Positions 41,074 to 51,060 of a stretch of 64,000 nucleotides of DNA are shown piece after piece. A model generated the notes under the pieces. The model was not told the DNA's origin. It made no database searches and worked only from the letters and a program-made list of their open reading frames with translations. Numbering within the stretch: the stretch's first letter is position 1; each line of letters starts with the position of its first letter. Source of the stretch: Nitrospirota bacterium (GTDB taxonomy: Bacteria > Nitrospirota > Nitrospiria > Nitrospirales > NS-4); the NCBI GenBank assembly GCA_963788195.1, contig CAWBGA010000001.1, forward strand, positions 288,001 to 352,000. Reading direction: 5' to 3'. A program made the translations under genes and the position numbers.

Positions 41074-42792
41074 ATGGAACGACCCTGGCTCAAACATTAC
41101 GGGGCGGGGGTTCCTGCCACCCTGTCATACCCGGAAATCCCGCTCCATCAGACGCTGACCGATTCGGCTCGTCGATTTCCCGAACGTCCGGCGCTCGAAT
41201 TCTATGGCCGCTCTCTGACCTACCAGGAATTAGAGGACCTCACTGGACGGTTTGCGAGTGCGTTAACTGAGCTAGGAGTTCAAAAGGGCGATCGTGTCGC
41301 CGTGATGCTTCCGAATGTGCCTCAAACACTGATCGCTTATTTCGGGACGCTCAAAATGGGGGCGTGTGTAGTCCAGACGAACCCCCTGTATGTCGCTCGG
41401 GAGATCAGTCATCAGATAAATGACTCGGGGGCCGAGACAATTGTCACGCTCGATCAGTTTTATCCGCGAATCCAAGAAATAATGCCCGAGACGCCGCTCA
41501 AGCGGGTCATCCTTACCAATGTCCGCGACTATTTGCCCTGGCTGAAGCGGCTGCTTTATCCCTTGAAAGCCCGTCGCGAGCGCCAGTGGGTGGTGGTCAA
41601 ACGCGCGCCGCCCGTTTATGATTTTGGGGTGCTGATACGAGCCGCGCCGCGTGAGTTTCGAGCCCCTGCGGTGGGCCCGCACGATTTGGCGCTCCTGCAG
41701 TATACGGGAGGAACGACCGGCGTGCCCAAAGGCGCAATGCTCACGCATCGCAATCTTGTGGCGAACACTGTGCAGTGCCGCTACTGGTTGAATGGACTGC
41801 AAGACGGTCAGGAAGTTTTTCTGGGCGTCCTGCCGTTCTTCCATGTTTACGGGATGAGCACATGCCAAAATCTGGCGATCCTGCTGGCCGCCAAGATTGT
41901 CCTATTGCCCAAATTTCAGGCTGATGAAGTTCTCAACGCCATCGTGAAGCACCATATCACTGCCTTCCCCGGCATCCCGGCAATGTACATGGCCCTCAAT
42001 AACCATCCCAAGGTCGGGGAGTACAATCTGCGCTCGGTGCGCTATTGCATCAGCGGGGCTGGACCCCTGTTCTCCGAAGTGCAAAACCGATTTGAAACGC
42101 TGACAGGATCGCGCCTTGTTGAGGGCTATGGCTTGACTGAGGCCTCGCCGGTGACCCATTGTAACCCCATGATCGGAGAGCGTCGCCCCCGAAGTATCGG
42201 CGTGCCGGTCCCGGATACCGACGTGAGATTGATGGATCTTGAGACCGGTGGACCGGTGAGTGAAGTGGGGGCTACTGGAGAGATGCAAATCAAGGGGCCG
42301 CAAGTCATGCGTGGATATTGGAAAAAGGATGAGGAAAACGCCGCGGCCTTTCAGGATGGGTGGCTGTGCACGGGCGACATGGCTTCAGTCGATAAGGACG
42401 GGTTCTTTTATATTCAGGATCGAAAAAAGGACATGATCAAATCCGGAGGCATGAATGTCTACCCGCGAGAAGTGGACGAGTGTCTCTGTCAGCACCCGAA
42501 GGTGAAGGACGCCTGTGTCATCGGAATACCCCAAGAGTTACGGGGTGAGAAGATCAAAGCGTTTGTGGTTTTAAAAGAGGGACAGAACGCGACAGCCGCT
42601 GAATTGCTGGAACATTGCCGTGAGCGACTGGCGAAATTCAAAGTGCCCAAGCAGATCGAGTTCCGGACAGAGCTTCCCAAGACGCTCGTCGGCAAGGTTT
42701 TGAGGCGGGTGCTTCTGGACGAGGAGCTCAAGAGTATGAAGACGCGTGAGCCGGTCGCGGCCAAGCCGGAAAATGGGGTCAGAGTCGATTAA
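41074..42792 (+). CDS. Long-chain fatty acid--CoA ligase
   Basis: QYTGGTTGVPKG, EGYGLTEASP, GPQVMRGYW, TGD, DRKKDMI and PKTLVGKV. Confidence 0.93.
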   Translation: MERPWLKHYGAGVPATLSYPEIPLHQTLTDSARRFPERPALEFYGRSLTYQELEDLTGRFASALTELGVQKGDRVAVMLPNVPQTLIAYFGTLKMGACVVQTNPLYVAREISHQINDSGAETIVTLDQFYPRIQEIMPETPLKRVILTNVRDYLPWLKRLLYPLKARRERQWVVVKRAPPVYDFGVLIRAAPREFRAPAVGPHDLALLQYTGGTTGVPKGAMLTHRNLVANTVQCRYWLNGLQDGQEVFLGVLPFFHVYGMSTCQNLAILLAAKIVLLPKFQADEVLNAIVKHHITAFPGIPAMYMALNNHPKVGEYNLRSVRYCISGAGPLFSEVQNRFETLTGSRLVEGYGLTEASPVTHCNPMIGERRPRSIGVPVPDTDVRLMDLETGGPVSEVGATGEMQIKGPQVMRGYWKKDEENAAAFQDGWLCTGDMASVDKDGFFYIQDRKKDMIKSGGMNVYPREVDECLCQHPKVKDACVIGIPQELRGEKIKAFVVLKEGQNATAAELLEHCRERLAKFKVPKQIEFRTELPKTLVGKVLRRVLLDEELKSMKTREPVAAKPENGVRVD

Positions 42793-42802
42793 GGAGTGGA
42801 TC

Positions 42803-43006
42803 GTGGCATACGTGTTACACACTGCCCAGTCGATCGAACGGGCGACCCTGCATCGGGATCGGTGCCCGGAAGTTCCGGAGAATATCCAGTATCATGATCT
42901 GTGGACCGGCACATGGCAGGAAATCACGGATAAAGAACGAGCATATGAAGCGCTCGAGCTGAGCTTGGCGAAGTTTAAAAAGAAGTGTGTTCTCTGCAAA
43001 CCGTGA
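42803..43006 (+). CDS. Small putative metal-binding protein (67 aa)
   Basis: SD AAGGAG before a GTG start; H-x3-C near the N-terminus and C-terminal CVLCKP. Confidence 0.6.
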   Translation: MAYVLHTAQSIERATLHRDRCPEVPENIQYHDLWTGTWQEITDKERAYEALELSLAKFKKKCVLCKP

Positions 43007-43051
43007 CCGTAATTCCACAACGGATATGAATGACAAAACTGTGAGGCGAGT

Positions 43052-43237
43052 ATGAAAGAAAAGCGTATGGTGCATTTCGTGCGGGGCACCTTCGTATGCC
43101 CCCAGTGCCGTCAGACCTATGTGCAGGAAAAATGGATCGAGGAATGGCGCGTCCGCTGCCATAAATGCGAGTACCGCGGAGGGCTCACTCACGTCTCGGT
43201 TGAGGAGCAGCTTGATGAAGACGTCCGCCGGTATTGA
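43052..43237 (+). CDS. Small zinc-ribbon protein (61 aa)
   Basis: CPQC...CHKC pair; GAGG upstream. Confidence 0.65.
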   Translation: MKEKRMVHFVRGTFVCPQCRQTYVQEKWIEEWRVRCHKCEYRGGLTHVSVEEQLDEDVRRY

Positions 43238-43262
43238 TGGGAGGCCTGCCAAGGATTCTAGG

Positions 43263-43874
43263 GTGATTGATCAGCCCAGGGTTTATGTCCCCTGCCTTGT
43301 ACTCCTGACAGTCCTATTGCTCCCGGGGGGATTCTGCGCCGCCCAGGAGCAGGGGCCTCGGGTGACTGTACTGATAGCCTATTACTCAGTGTCAGGGCAT
43401 ACCGAGAAGATGGCCGAGGAAGTGGTTCAAGGCGCAAAGTCAGTCTCCGGAACGCGGGTTGTGTTAAAGCGGGTGGGAGACGTCACGGGCCCCGACCTCT
43501 TCTCATCGGATGCGCTCATCGTCGGCTCGCCGGTCTACTGGGCAAATATGGCCGGGGAGGTCAAGACCTTCTTCGATAACTGGCAATTGAAGTTCGGCGT
43601 CTTTCCCGAATTCAAGATGCGAAACAAGGTCGGGGCGGCGTTTGCCACGGGCGGGCAGGTTTCGAGCGGCAAGGAGCTGACCATGCTGACCATTCTCGCG
43701 GCCATGCTCGGCAATCAGATGATCGTCGTGAGCGGGGGCGGCGCTTTTGGCGCCAGCGCCACGACGGAAGGAGATTCGCCGGGCCTGGATGAAAAAGAGC
43801 TCAGTGCGGCTCGAGCGATGGGAAAACGCGTGGCCGAAGTAGCGAAGATCATCAAAGCGGGGTCAGCAAAGTAA
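43263..43874 (+). CDS. Flavodoxin/WrbA-like NAD(P)H-dependent oxidoreductase with signal-like N-terminus
   Basis: YYSVSGHTEKMA, VGSPVYWANMA and KVGAAFATGG...GKELT. Confidence 0.88.
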   Translation: MIDQPRVYVPCLVLLTVLLLPGGFCAAQEQGPRVTVLIAYYSVSGHTEKMAEEVVQGAKSVSGTRVVLKRVGDVTGPDLFSSDALIVGSPVYWANMAGEVKTFFDNWQLKFGVFPEFKMRNKVGAAFATGGQVSSGKELTMLTILAAMLGNQMIVVSGGGAFGASATTEGDSPGLDEKELSAARAMGKRVAEVAKIIKAGSAK

Positions 43875-43929
43875 GCTTTCTATCTCCCTTCAGATCGGGA
43901 CATTGTAGTAATCCCACGTTAGCATACGT

Positions 43930-43948
43930 ACATACATTGGATGTATGT
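43930..43948. promoter_or_regulatory. Perfect inverted repeat, possible operator of the RHH gene
   Basis: ACATACAT-TGG-ATGTATGT immediately before the ATG at 43950. Confidence 0.5.
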
Positions 43949-43949
43949 C

Positions 43950-44138
43950 ATGAAAAGAACGACCATATTCGGTGACGAAGCTGTCCTGAAGATCCTGCGC
44001 GAGCTGGCGCATCGGCAAAAGACCAGTCTGTCGGCACTTATTCGCACCGCTCTTGAGGAATACGCCGGAAAGCATCATGGAACGCCGAATGTGCTTACCT
44101 TTTTCGCGGTCCGTGAGGGCCGAACCAGAGAGAGGTGA
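43950..44138 (+). CDS. CopG/ribbon-helix-helix protein (antitoxin-like)
   Basis: MKRTTIF beta-strand followed by LRELA...SLSALIRTALEEY helices. Confidence 0.75.
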   Translation: MKRTTIFGDEAVLKILRELAHRQKTSLSALIRTALEEYAGKHHGTPNVLTFFAVREGRTRER

Positions 44139-44225
44139 AAGTGGACTTCACTGATCCGCCCTCGTCACTGCGCGAGTTTTGTATTGAAACCTTAAAAGGG
44201 TCGAGCTGCTATTGAGGCCTGAATT

Positions 44226-45053
44226 GTGGCGATTTACGCAATCGGCGATATCCAAGGTTGTTTCTCAGCCCTCGAGAATCTCATAGGCCAGATTCGGTTC
44301 GACCCGACAAAGGATACACTGTGGTTTGTCGGCGACTTGGTGAACCGGGGGCCGGACTCGCTTGCCGTGCTGCGATGGGTCAAAGCGCTCGGCCTCTCCG
44401 CGATCGTCGTGCTAGGCAATCACGATCTGCATCTTCTCGCAGCCGCCGAAGGGCTCCGGCCCGTTCGCAAAGGACGATACATTCCAAGATGTGCTTGCAG
44501 CGCCGGATCGAGAGGAGCTGCTCAATTGGCTTCGGCACCAGCCGCTTCCTCTATCGCGAAGAAGATTCGTTCTTGTTCACGCCGGCCTATTGCCTGCAAT
44601 GGACAGTGGACGGAGGCAGCAGACGCTGGCGCAGAGAGGTCGAGCGGCGTCTTCCGGTCTCCCGACTATAAGACCCTGCTTCAACAGATGTACGGCTCTA
44701 GTCCGGCCCAATGGTCCCCCGATTTGACCGGCATGGTGACGTTACAGGGTGATTATCAATGCGCTTACCCGTCTGCGCTTCTGTACCCCCGAAGGGCAGA
44801 TGGACTTAAAACAAACCGGCCCGCCCGAGACCGCCCCTCGAGGGTTTTTCGCCATGGTTCGCACTGCCGAACAGGAAGAAGCAGTGAAGCTGTGATTGTC
44901 AGCGGCCACTGGGCGGCCTTAGGGCTTCGTGTGGCGGACAATTTGCTTGCCCTGGATAGCGGTTGCGTCTGGGGCGGGTCTCTGACGGCGGTGCGGCTGG
45001 AGGACCGCAAGGTCTATCAAGTCGCTTGCGGAAGGCGAGTAAAGCGCCATTAG
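44226..45053 (+). CDS. apaH: Symmetrical bis(5'-nucleosyl)-tetraphosphatase (internal compensating frameshifts)
   Basis: YAIGDIQGC, GDLVNRGPDS, LGNHDLHL, GHWAALG and LDSGCVWGG; VHAGL and LLNWLRHQPL lie in an alternative frame. Confidence 0.92.
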   Translation: MAIYAIGDIQGCFSALENLIGQIRFDPTKDTLWFVGDLVNRGPDSLAVLRWVKALGLSAIVVLGNHDLHLLAAAEGLRPVRKGRYIPRCACSAGSRGAAQLASAPAASSIAKKIRSCSRRPIACNGQWTEAADAGAERSSGVFRSPDYKTLLQQMYGSSPAQWSPDLTGMVTLQGDYQCAYPSALLYPRRADGLKTNRPARDRPSRVFRHGSHCRTGRSSEAVIVSGHWAALGLRVADNLLALDSGCVWGGSLTAVRLEDRKVYQVACGRRVKRH

Positions 45054-45363
45054 ATCAGCGTCTGCCGGATCGCCTCCAGCTTCTTCGTGACCTGCATGTC
45101 GCCGTTCTTCAGGGACACGGCGTGGCCTTGCTCAAGGAACTCCTTCGCGCGATCCACTGGCCGATCTTCACCAACGATTCAACCAGCGCCAGGTACGCCG
45201 CCGAGTAGGATGGTTTGACCGTCACGCATTTCTCGAGATATTCGGCCGCTTCCGCATACTGGCCTTCTTCCATCAGCGACTTTCCTAACCCGAAATACGC
45301 CACGTCATCATTCGGATCGATCTTAAGCAGTTTTTTGAGGGCCTCAATGCGGGGATTTGCCAT
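45050..45363 (-). CDS. Small TPR protein (apparent frameshift)
   Basis: PNDDVAYFGLGK and PSYSAAYLAL; an alternative frame ends ...GDMQVTKKLEAIRQTLI*. Confidence 0.75.
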
Positions 45364-45396
45364 GACCGTTCACTCGATATGCCGGCCGTTGCGTCC

Positions 45397-45468
45397 TGAG
45401 CCCTTCGATATGCCGATCGTCCCTTTCGAAGAGCCTCATGAAGAACGGTTGGCATATCGAAGGGCTCA
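45397..45468. repeat. Long REP-like palindrome in a divergent intergenic region
   Basis: TGAGCCCTTCGATATGCCGATCGT ... ACGGTTGGCATATCGAAGGGCTCA inverted repeat. Confidence 0.75.
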
Positions 45469-45542
45469 CCACGAACGAGGAACGACTTTATCATCCGTTA
45501 GCTGCCTTGTCTACGTGAAACACCGTGTGCTAGATTTTACTC

Positions 45543-46499
45543 ATGGGGCACACGGGCTTCGTCTATCATCCTGATTATCTTAATCACGATATGGGAACCT
45601 ACCATCCGGAGTCGCCCGATCGCCTGCGGGCAATTCTGGCAAGGCTGGAAGCTCTGGGACTATGCCTCAGTTGGTCCGGCTTGAGCCGGACTCTCCCGAC
45701 AAAGAGTGGGTCGCAAGCTGGATCACAAAGGTGCATGCGCCCGCCTATCTCAAGGAGCTCCAGAAATTGTCACCCGCAGGGGGCCGGGTGGATCTTGATG
45801 CGGATACATCGATCTCCTCCGGCTCATTGAACGCCGCGTGTGTGGCGGTGGCGGGCGCCCTGACCGCCGCCGACGCCATCATGGAAGGCAGGGTCCAGAA
45901 TGCCTTTTGTGCCGTCCGTCCCCCTGGTCATCATGCGGAATCCAAACATGCGATGGGGTTTTGTCTCTTCAATAACGTCGCGATCACCGCCCGGTATCTG
46001 CAACAGCGGCACGGTTTGGAGCGGGTGGCCATTGTTGATTGGGATGTGCATCATGGCAACGGCACCCAGCACACCTTCTACGAAGATCCGTCGGTGTTTT
46101 TCTTCAGTACACACCAATATCCCTTTTATCCTGGCACCGGCAAGGCGGATGAAACGGGCAGCGGACGAGGGACGGGCTACACCAAGAATGTTCCGCTTCC
46201 GGCGGGAATGGGTGATATCGAATATCTGGAGATCTTCAACTCCGTTCTTCGCCCAGCACTGAAAGCCTACCGTCCCGACGTCGTGATCGTGTCGGCGGGA
46301 TTCGACGCGCATCGGGACGACCCCCTGGCCGGCATGAATGTGACTGACCGATGGCTATGCGGCACTGACACGTGTGGTGACAGAGATTGCGGGCGAATTC
46401 TGCCAAGGCCGCCTGCTTTCGTGTCTGGAAGGTGGCTACAATCTGAATGCGCTTGGAGCCTCCGTCGAAGGCCACCTGCGTGTCATGGGCAAGGCATGA
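45543..46499 (+). CDS. Zn-dependent histone deacetylase-family deacylase (apparent frameshifts)
   Basis: HPESPDRL, RPPGHHA, GFCLFNNVA, DWDVHHGNGTQ and SAGFDAH; LEGGY lies in an alternative frame. Confidence 0.92.
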
Positions 46500-47806
46500 G
46501 CAGTGAGCCGCTCGACGGGCGGGCGCTGGAAGGTCTCTCGCGCCTTGGAATGGACGGCGCTCGGCGTTGTTCTTCTGATCGCGGGGGTTGTCTATATTTT
46601 TTACAACGAGCTTCGACCCAAAGTGATCTTCGGATTGCGGGAAGACTTTGCGCATGCGATTCCTTTTCAAAAGGTTCCTGCCGGAATTCCAAGTCTTAAG
46701 GCCGAAGACTGTGGCGCCTGTCATCGGGAGATCTATGAAGAATGGAAGAGCTCGTATCATGCGAAGGCATACCAAGACCCATTCTTTCGAGCCTATTGGA
46801 AGAAGGACGGTGAAGTCTGGATCTGTCTGAACTGCCATACTCCCTTGGAAAACCAGCAGCCCGAACTGATCCGCGAGATTCCCCGCAATCGGGTGGAGAA
46901 GGCAGTGAAGGTGCCGAACCCGGACTTCGATGCCGACTTCCAACAGGAAGGGATCACCTGCGCCGCCTGCCATGTCCGAGACGGCGTGATCTACGGCCCT
47001 TTCGATGACTCGGTGGCGCCGCATCCTACCCAATTCGACCCCAAGTTCCGGACGACGGAGGTATGCTACCGGTGCCATCAAGTGCCGAAAGGCCCGTTTC
47101 AGTTCTATAACGTCGGCCCGTGCGGCACCTTTCCTGAGTACGAGGACACATACTTTACACAGCAGCGGGGGATGATCTGCCAAAGTTGTCACATGCCGGA
47201 GGTAGAACGGCCGATGGCCGATGGCGGACCGATTCGCCAGGGCCGGCGACACTTGTGGCGTGGCGGGCACGATCCGGAGCAGATCAAGAGCGCCTTGGCC
47301 GTGCAGTTGACGGTCGAATCCAGCCCGGCATTCGGGCGGGCAAAGACGCGACGTTTACGCTCACGCTGATCAATGCCGGCGCCGGTCACAAGCTTCCCAC
47401 GGGGGACCCCGACCGCTACTTCACGGTTGAGTTTCGGATCTTGGATAAAAATGGCCGTCTTTTGAAGCAGCAACGGAATACGATGGGTCGCTGGATCATG
47501 TGGCAACCGGTCATTTTGGAGCTTTATGATAATCGGCTGCCACCCCTGGCCAGCCGAGACTATCGCTTTCGTTATGGCCTGCCCGATGCGCTAGAGGGCC
47601 TGCAATTACAGGCGGAGGTGCGCTATCATATCGTGACTGAGCGCGCGTACCACACATTGAAGACCAAGTATGGCCTGCAAGGGGACCATCCGTACTGGTA
47701 TACGATCTACGAACGAACCCTGCCGCTTTCGGAACCATTGTCCGCAGAGGTCATTCCCCTGGGAGCCTCCAAGCCGGCAGCGACGTCATGCGTCAAGAAG
47801 GGATAA
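46496..47806 (+). CDS. Membrane-anchored pentaheme cytochrome c with C-terminal beta-rich domain (apparent frameshifts)
   Basis: CGACH, CLNCH, CAACH, CYRCH and CQSCH; continues as NAGAGHKLPTGDPDR in ORF 47186..47806. Confidence 0.88.
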
Positions 47807-47834
47807 GGACCGACACTGTTTAGGAGAGATCATC

Positions 47835-48716
47835 ATGCAGCCGATGTTAATTACGACGGACGAATTGGACGGCATTCTCGATCGCGACGATGTCGTCGTC
47901 GTGGATGTCCGATCCAAGATGGCTTTTCTCGAGAGCGGCCATATTTCGGGGGCGGTCGCCGCCACCTGGCACGACTTCAGCGATCCAGCTTCGGGGATCA
48001 AAGGGTTATTGGACCCGGACCTAGGCCGGCTTGAAAAGAAGTTAGGAGCGCTTGGTATCAGCCGGGAGCGACAGGTCATCGTGTATTCGAATCCCTTTGA
48101 TAATTGGGGAGACGAAGGACGGATGTACTGGATGCTGACCTATCTCGGGCATCCGAATGTGCGGGTGCTTGACGGTGGCTGGATAAAATGGTCGGCGGAA
48201 ATGCGACGCTTTGAGTGCGGCCCCGCAAAGCCACGCTCCACGGTCTTCAAGGCTCAGGTGAACCCGTTGTTAATGACGGTGAAGGCCGAATTGCGCGCGA
48301 TAGTCGGGGCGCCTCATCCGGAAACGGTTCTGGCGGACGCTCGCACACCTGAGGAATATAACGGTTCCGTCCAACAAGGCATCTCGCGTGGCGGCCATAT
48401 CCCGTCGGCGGTAAACGTGCCCTGGAATCAGTTCTTCAACCCTGATGGGACCGTGAAGCCGGTCGGACAGATTCATGCCATTCTGGAGAAGGAAGGACTC
48501 TCCCCGGAAAAAGAGGTGATCTGCTACTGCACGGGAGGGGTTCGATCGGCCTGGCTGTATTTTATCCTGAAGCTCGCCGGCTATGACCGCGTGAAGAACT
48601 ATCCGGGTTCCTGGTGGGAATGGGGCAATGATTTTCTCCTGCCCGTGGTGAATCTCAAGGAACAGGCGCGCCCGAAACTGGATTCCACCCCGCCGAAGTC
48701 CACCGCCACGCACTAA
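47835..48716 (+). CDS. Two-domain sulfurtransferase (rhodanese/SseA family)
   Basis: GHISGA, RVLDGG, GGHIPSA, active-site loop YCTGGVRS and YPGSWWEW. Confidence 0.92.
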   Translation: MQPMLITTDELDGILDRDDVVVVDVRSKMAFLESGHISGAVAATWHDFSDPASGIKGLLDPDLGRLEKKLGALGISRERQVIVYSNPFDNWGDEGRMYWMLTYLGHPNVRVLDGGWIKWSAEMRRFECGPAKPRSTVFKAQVNPLLMTVKAELRAIVGAPHPETVLADARTPEEYNGSVQQGISRGGHIPSAVNVPWNQFFNPDGTVKPVGQIHAILEKEGLSPEKEVICYCTGGVRSAWLYFILKLAGYDRVKNYPGSWWEWGNDFLLPVVNLKEQARPKLDSTPPKSTATH

Positions 48717-48728
48717 TCCAGAGCCTCG

Positions 48729-50462
48729 ATGCAATTCCGCCATCTCGCTGAGGTCTTCGAGCATCTTGAGGGCACTGCAAAACGGCTCGAGATGTTCGAA
48801 ATCCTCGCAGAACTCTTTCGAAACGCCGGCCCCGAGGACATCGCGCCCATCATCTACATGAGCCAGGGTCGCCTGTTGGCGGCGTTTCAGGGACTCGAAA
48901 TGGGAATGTCCGATAAGCTGCTGATGCGGGCTCTCGTGGAAGCCACAGGGCGTTCTCCGGAAGAGATGCTGGCGCATTACAAACTCAGCGGAGATCTCGG
49001 AACCACGGCCGAGAGTCTCCTGAAGGACCACGTGGGTAAAGGCTTGACTGTCCCGCAGGTCTATGAAGAGCTCCTGCGAATCGCGCGGACGAGCGGAGAG
49101 GGGTCGGTTGAGAAGAAACGCTCCAACCTTGCCGAACTTTTGGCGGCAGCTTCTCCCAAGGAGGCCAAGTACATTGCGCGGTTCGTCGTCGGCCGCCTGC
49201 GTTTGGGAGTCGGGGATGCGACCGTGCTGGAGGCGTTGGCTCTCGCGAAGCTCGGCGACCGGAAGCTGAAAGCAGACTTGGAGCGCGCATACAACCTCTG
49301 CTCGGATCTCGGCCGCGTCGGTGAGGTCGTGAGCGAACGCGGGCGCGATGCAATCACCGCCATTCGCGTGCAGGTCGGATACCCCATCCGCATGGCGTTG
49401 TGCGAGCGGGTGGCGCAACCGGAAGACATCATCCAGAAGATCGGGCGATGCGCCGTGGAGCCGAAATTGGACGGTTTTCGTTGCCAGATCCATAAAGACG
49501 GTGAAGCCGTCGAGATCTTCTCCCGAAACCTGGAGCGCACCACCGCTATGTTTCCGGACATCGCCGACGCCGTCAGACGTCAGATCCGGGCCAAGAATGC
49601 GATTTTCGAAGGGGAAGCGCTTGCGTTCGACGAAGGCACCGGTGAGCTGTTGTCCTTTCAAACGACGATTCAGCGGAAACGCAAACATGGCATTGCCGAT
49701 CACGCCAAGGAGTTTCCGCTGAAGCTGTTCGGCTTCGACCTGCTGTACGTGGATGGCGAGGATTACACTCCGCGACCCTATTGGGAGCGGCGCAAAGAAT
49801 TAATCGCGCGCATCTCCGAAGGATCAATCATCGAACCGGCTGAGGCGGAGGAGGTGGAGGATCCCAAGCGAATGCGCATCATCTTCGAAGGAGCGATCGC
49901 GCGAGGGCTTGAAGGAATTGTGGCGAAACGGCTGGATTCGCCCTACACGGCGGGATCCCGAAATTTTAACTGGATCAAACTTAAACGCAGCTATAAGGGC
50001 GAGCTATCGGATACCGTGGATCTCTGCATCGTGGGGTACTTCCGCGGCGGCGGCAAGCGGGCGCGATTCGGGATAGGCACGGTCCTCGCCGCGGTCTATG
50101 ACGCCGGGGCAGACGTCTTCAAGACCATCTCCAAGGTCGGCACGGGTTTCTCGGATGAAGAATGGGTCCAGTTGCGGGAGCGACTCGATCCCATCGCCGT
50201 CGAACATCGACCCGCCCGTGTGGATTCAAAGATGATTCCCGACGTCTGGGTGCAGCCGTCCTTGGTCATTACCGTCGCCGCGGATGAAATCACCCGCAGC
50301 CCGTTGCACACATGTGGCGCGGATGCGCAGGGCATCGGGTATGCGTTACGATTCCCACGCGTTCAGGGATTTCTCAGAGAGGACAAACGCGCGGAGGATG
50401 CCAATACGGTCCACGACATCATTGAGCTCTATGATCTTCAAAAGCGGGTGCAGTTGAAATAG
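48729..50462 (+). CDS. ATP-dependent DNA ligase (with N-terminal DNA-binding domain)
   Basis: EPKLDGFRCQIH (KxDG), FEGE, FDLLY, EGIVAK, WIKLKR and ALRFPR. Confidence 0.95.
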   Translation: MQFRHLAEVFEHLEGTAKRLEMFEILAELFRNAGPEDIAPIIYMSQGRLLAAFQGLEMGMSDKLLMRALVEATGRSPEEMLAHYKLSGDLGTTAESLLKDHVGKGLTVPQVYEELLRIARTSGEGSVEKKRSNLAELLAAASPKEAKYIARFVVGRLRLGVGDATVLEALALAKLGDRKLKADLERAYNLCSDLGRVGEVVSERGRDAITAIRVQVGYPIRMALCERVAQPEDIIQKIGRCAVEPKLDGFRCQIHKDGEAVEIFSRNLERTTAMFPDIADAVRRQIRAKNAIFEGEALAFDEGTGELLSFQTTIQRKRKHGIADHAKEFPLKLFGFDLLYVDGEDYTPRPYWERRKELIARISEGSIIEPAEAEEVEDPKRMRIIFEGAIARGLEGIVAKRLDSPYTAGSRNFNWIKLKRSYKGELSDTVDLCIVGYFRGGGKRARFGIGTVLAAVYDAGADVFKTISKVGTGFSDEEWVQLRERLDPIAVEHRPARVDSKMIPDVWVQPSLVITVAADEITRSPLHTCGADAQGIGYALRFPRVQGFLREDKRAEDANTVHDIIELYDLQKRVQLK

Positions 50463-50572
50463 GATAGACGAAGTGAGATATCGGCGACGCATCTTGACAC
50501 CTTGGAAACCCTATGTTAACCGTAAAGTCGGCGTGTAAAAGCGCCAATATTGCGAAACCAGGAGGAGAACTC

Positions 50573-50900
50573 ATGCGCAAGCTGGCAAGTATGGCATTAA
50601 TCATCGGCGCGTTATCGTTCGTGACAAACGGGCTGACGTGGGCTGCAAAATCGCCAGCCGCCGAGGCGGTCGAGCACACGAAGGAAGCGATCGATCACGG
50701 TAAGCAAGGACATGCCGATGTGCTGACCAAACACGCGGAAGCAGCCTTGAAGGCAGCTAAGAAGGCCGACAAGAATGCCCATGTGGATGAAGGCATCAAG
50801 CATCTGGAAGGCGCAGTTGCCTCGGGCAAAAAAGGGGATGCTCGCGGGCGGGACCAAACACGCCGAGGAGGCATTGATGCATTTGTCAGAGGTCAAGTAA
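50573..50900 (+). CDS. smbP: Small metal-binding protein SmbP (apparent frameshift near the 3' end)
   Basis: Signal peptide and heptad His repeats (EAVEHTKEAIDHGKQGHADVLTKHAEAAL...HVDEGIKHLE); an alternative frame ends TKHAEEALMHLSEVK*. Confidence 0.85.
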
Positions 50901-50926
50901 CCGAGCCTCTTGTGGCGTGATAGCGG

Positions 50927-50963
50927 AACGGGCAGGGAGGCGATGTTCCTGCCCGTTTTTTTT
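50927..50963 (+). terminator. Rho-independent terminator
   Basis: AACGGGCAGGGA...TTCCTGCCCGTT stem followed by a T-run, downstream of smbP. Confidence 0.8.
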
Positions 50964-51060
50964 CGGATATATCTCGGGAATCAGCAACTTCCCTCGCTCC
51001 GGTGTGTGGGGACCGGAGAAGGTCTGGATAAGAGGTACGGGACAACGGGATGAACACTAG

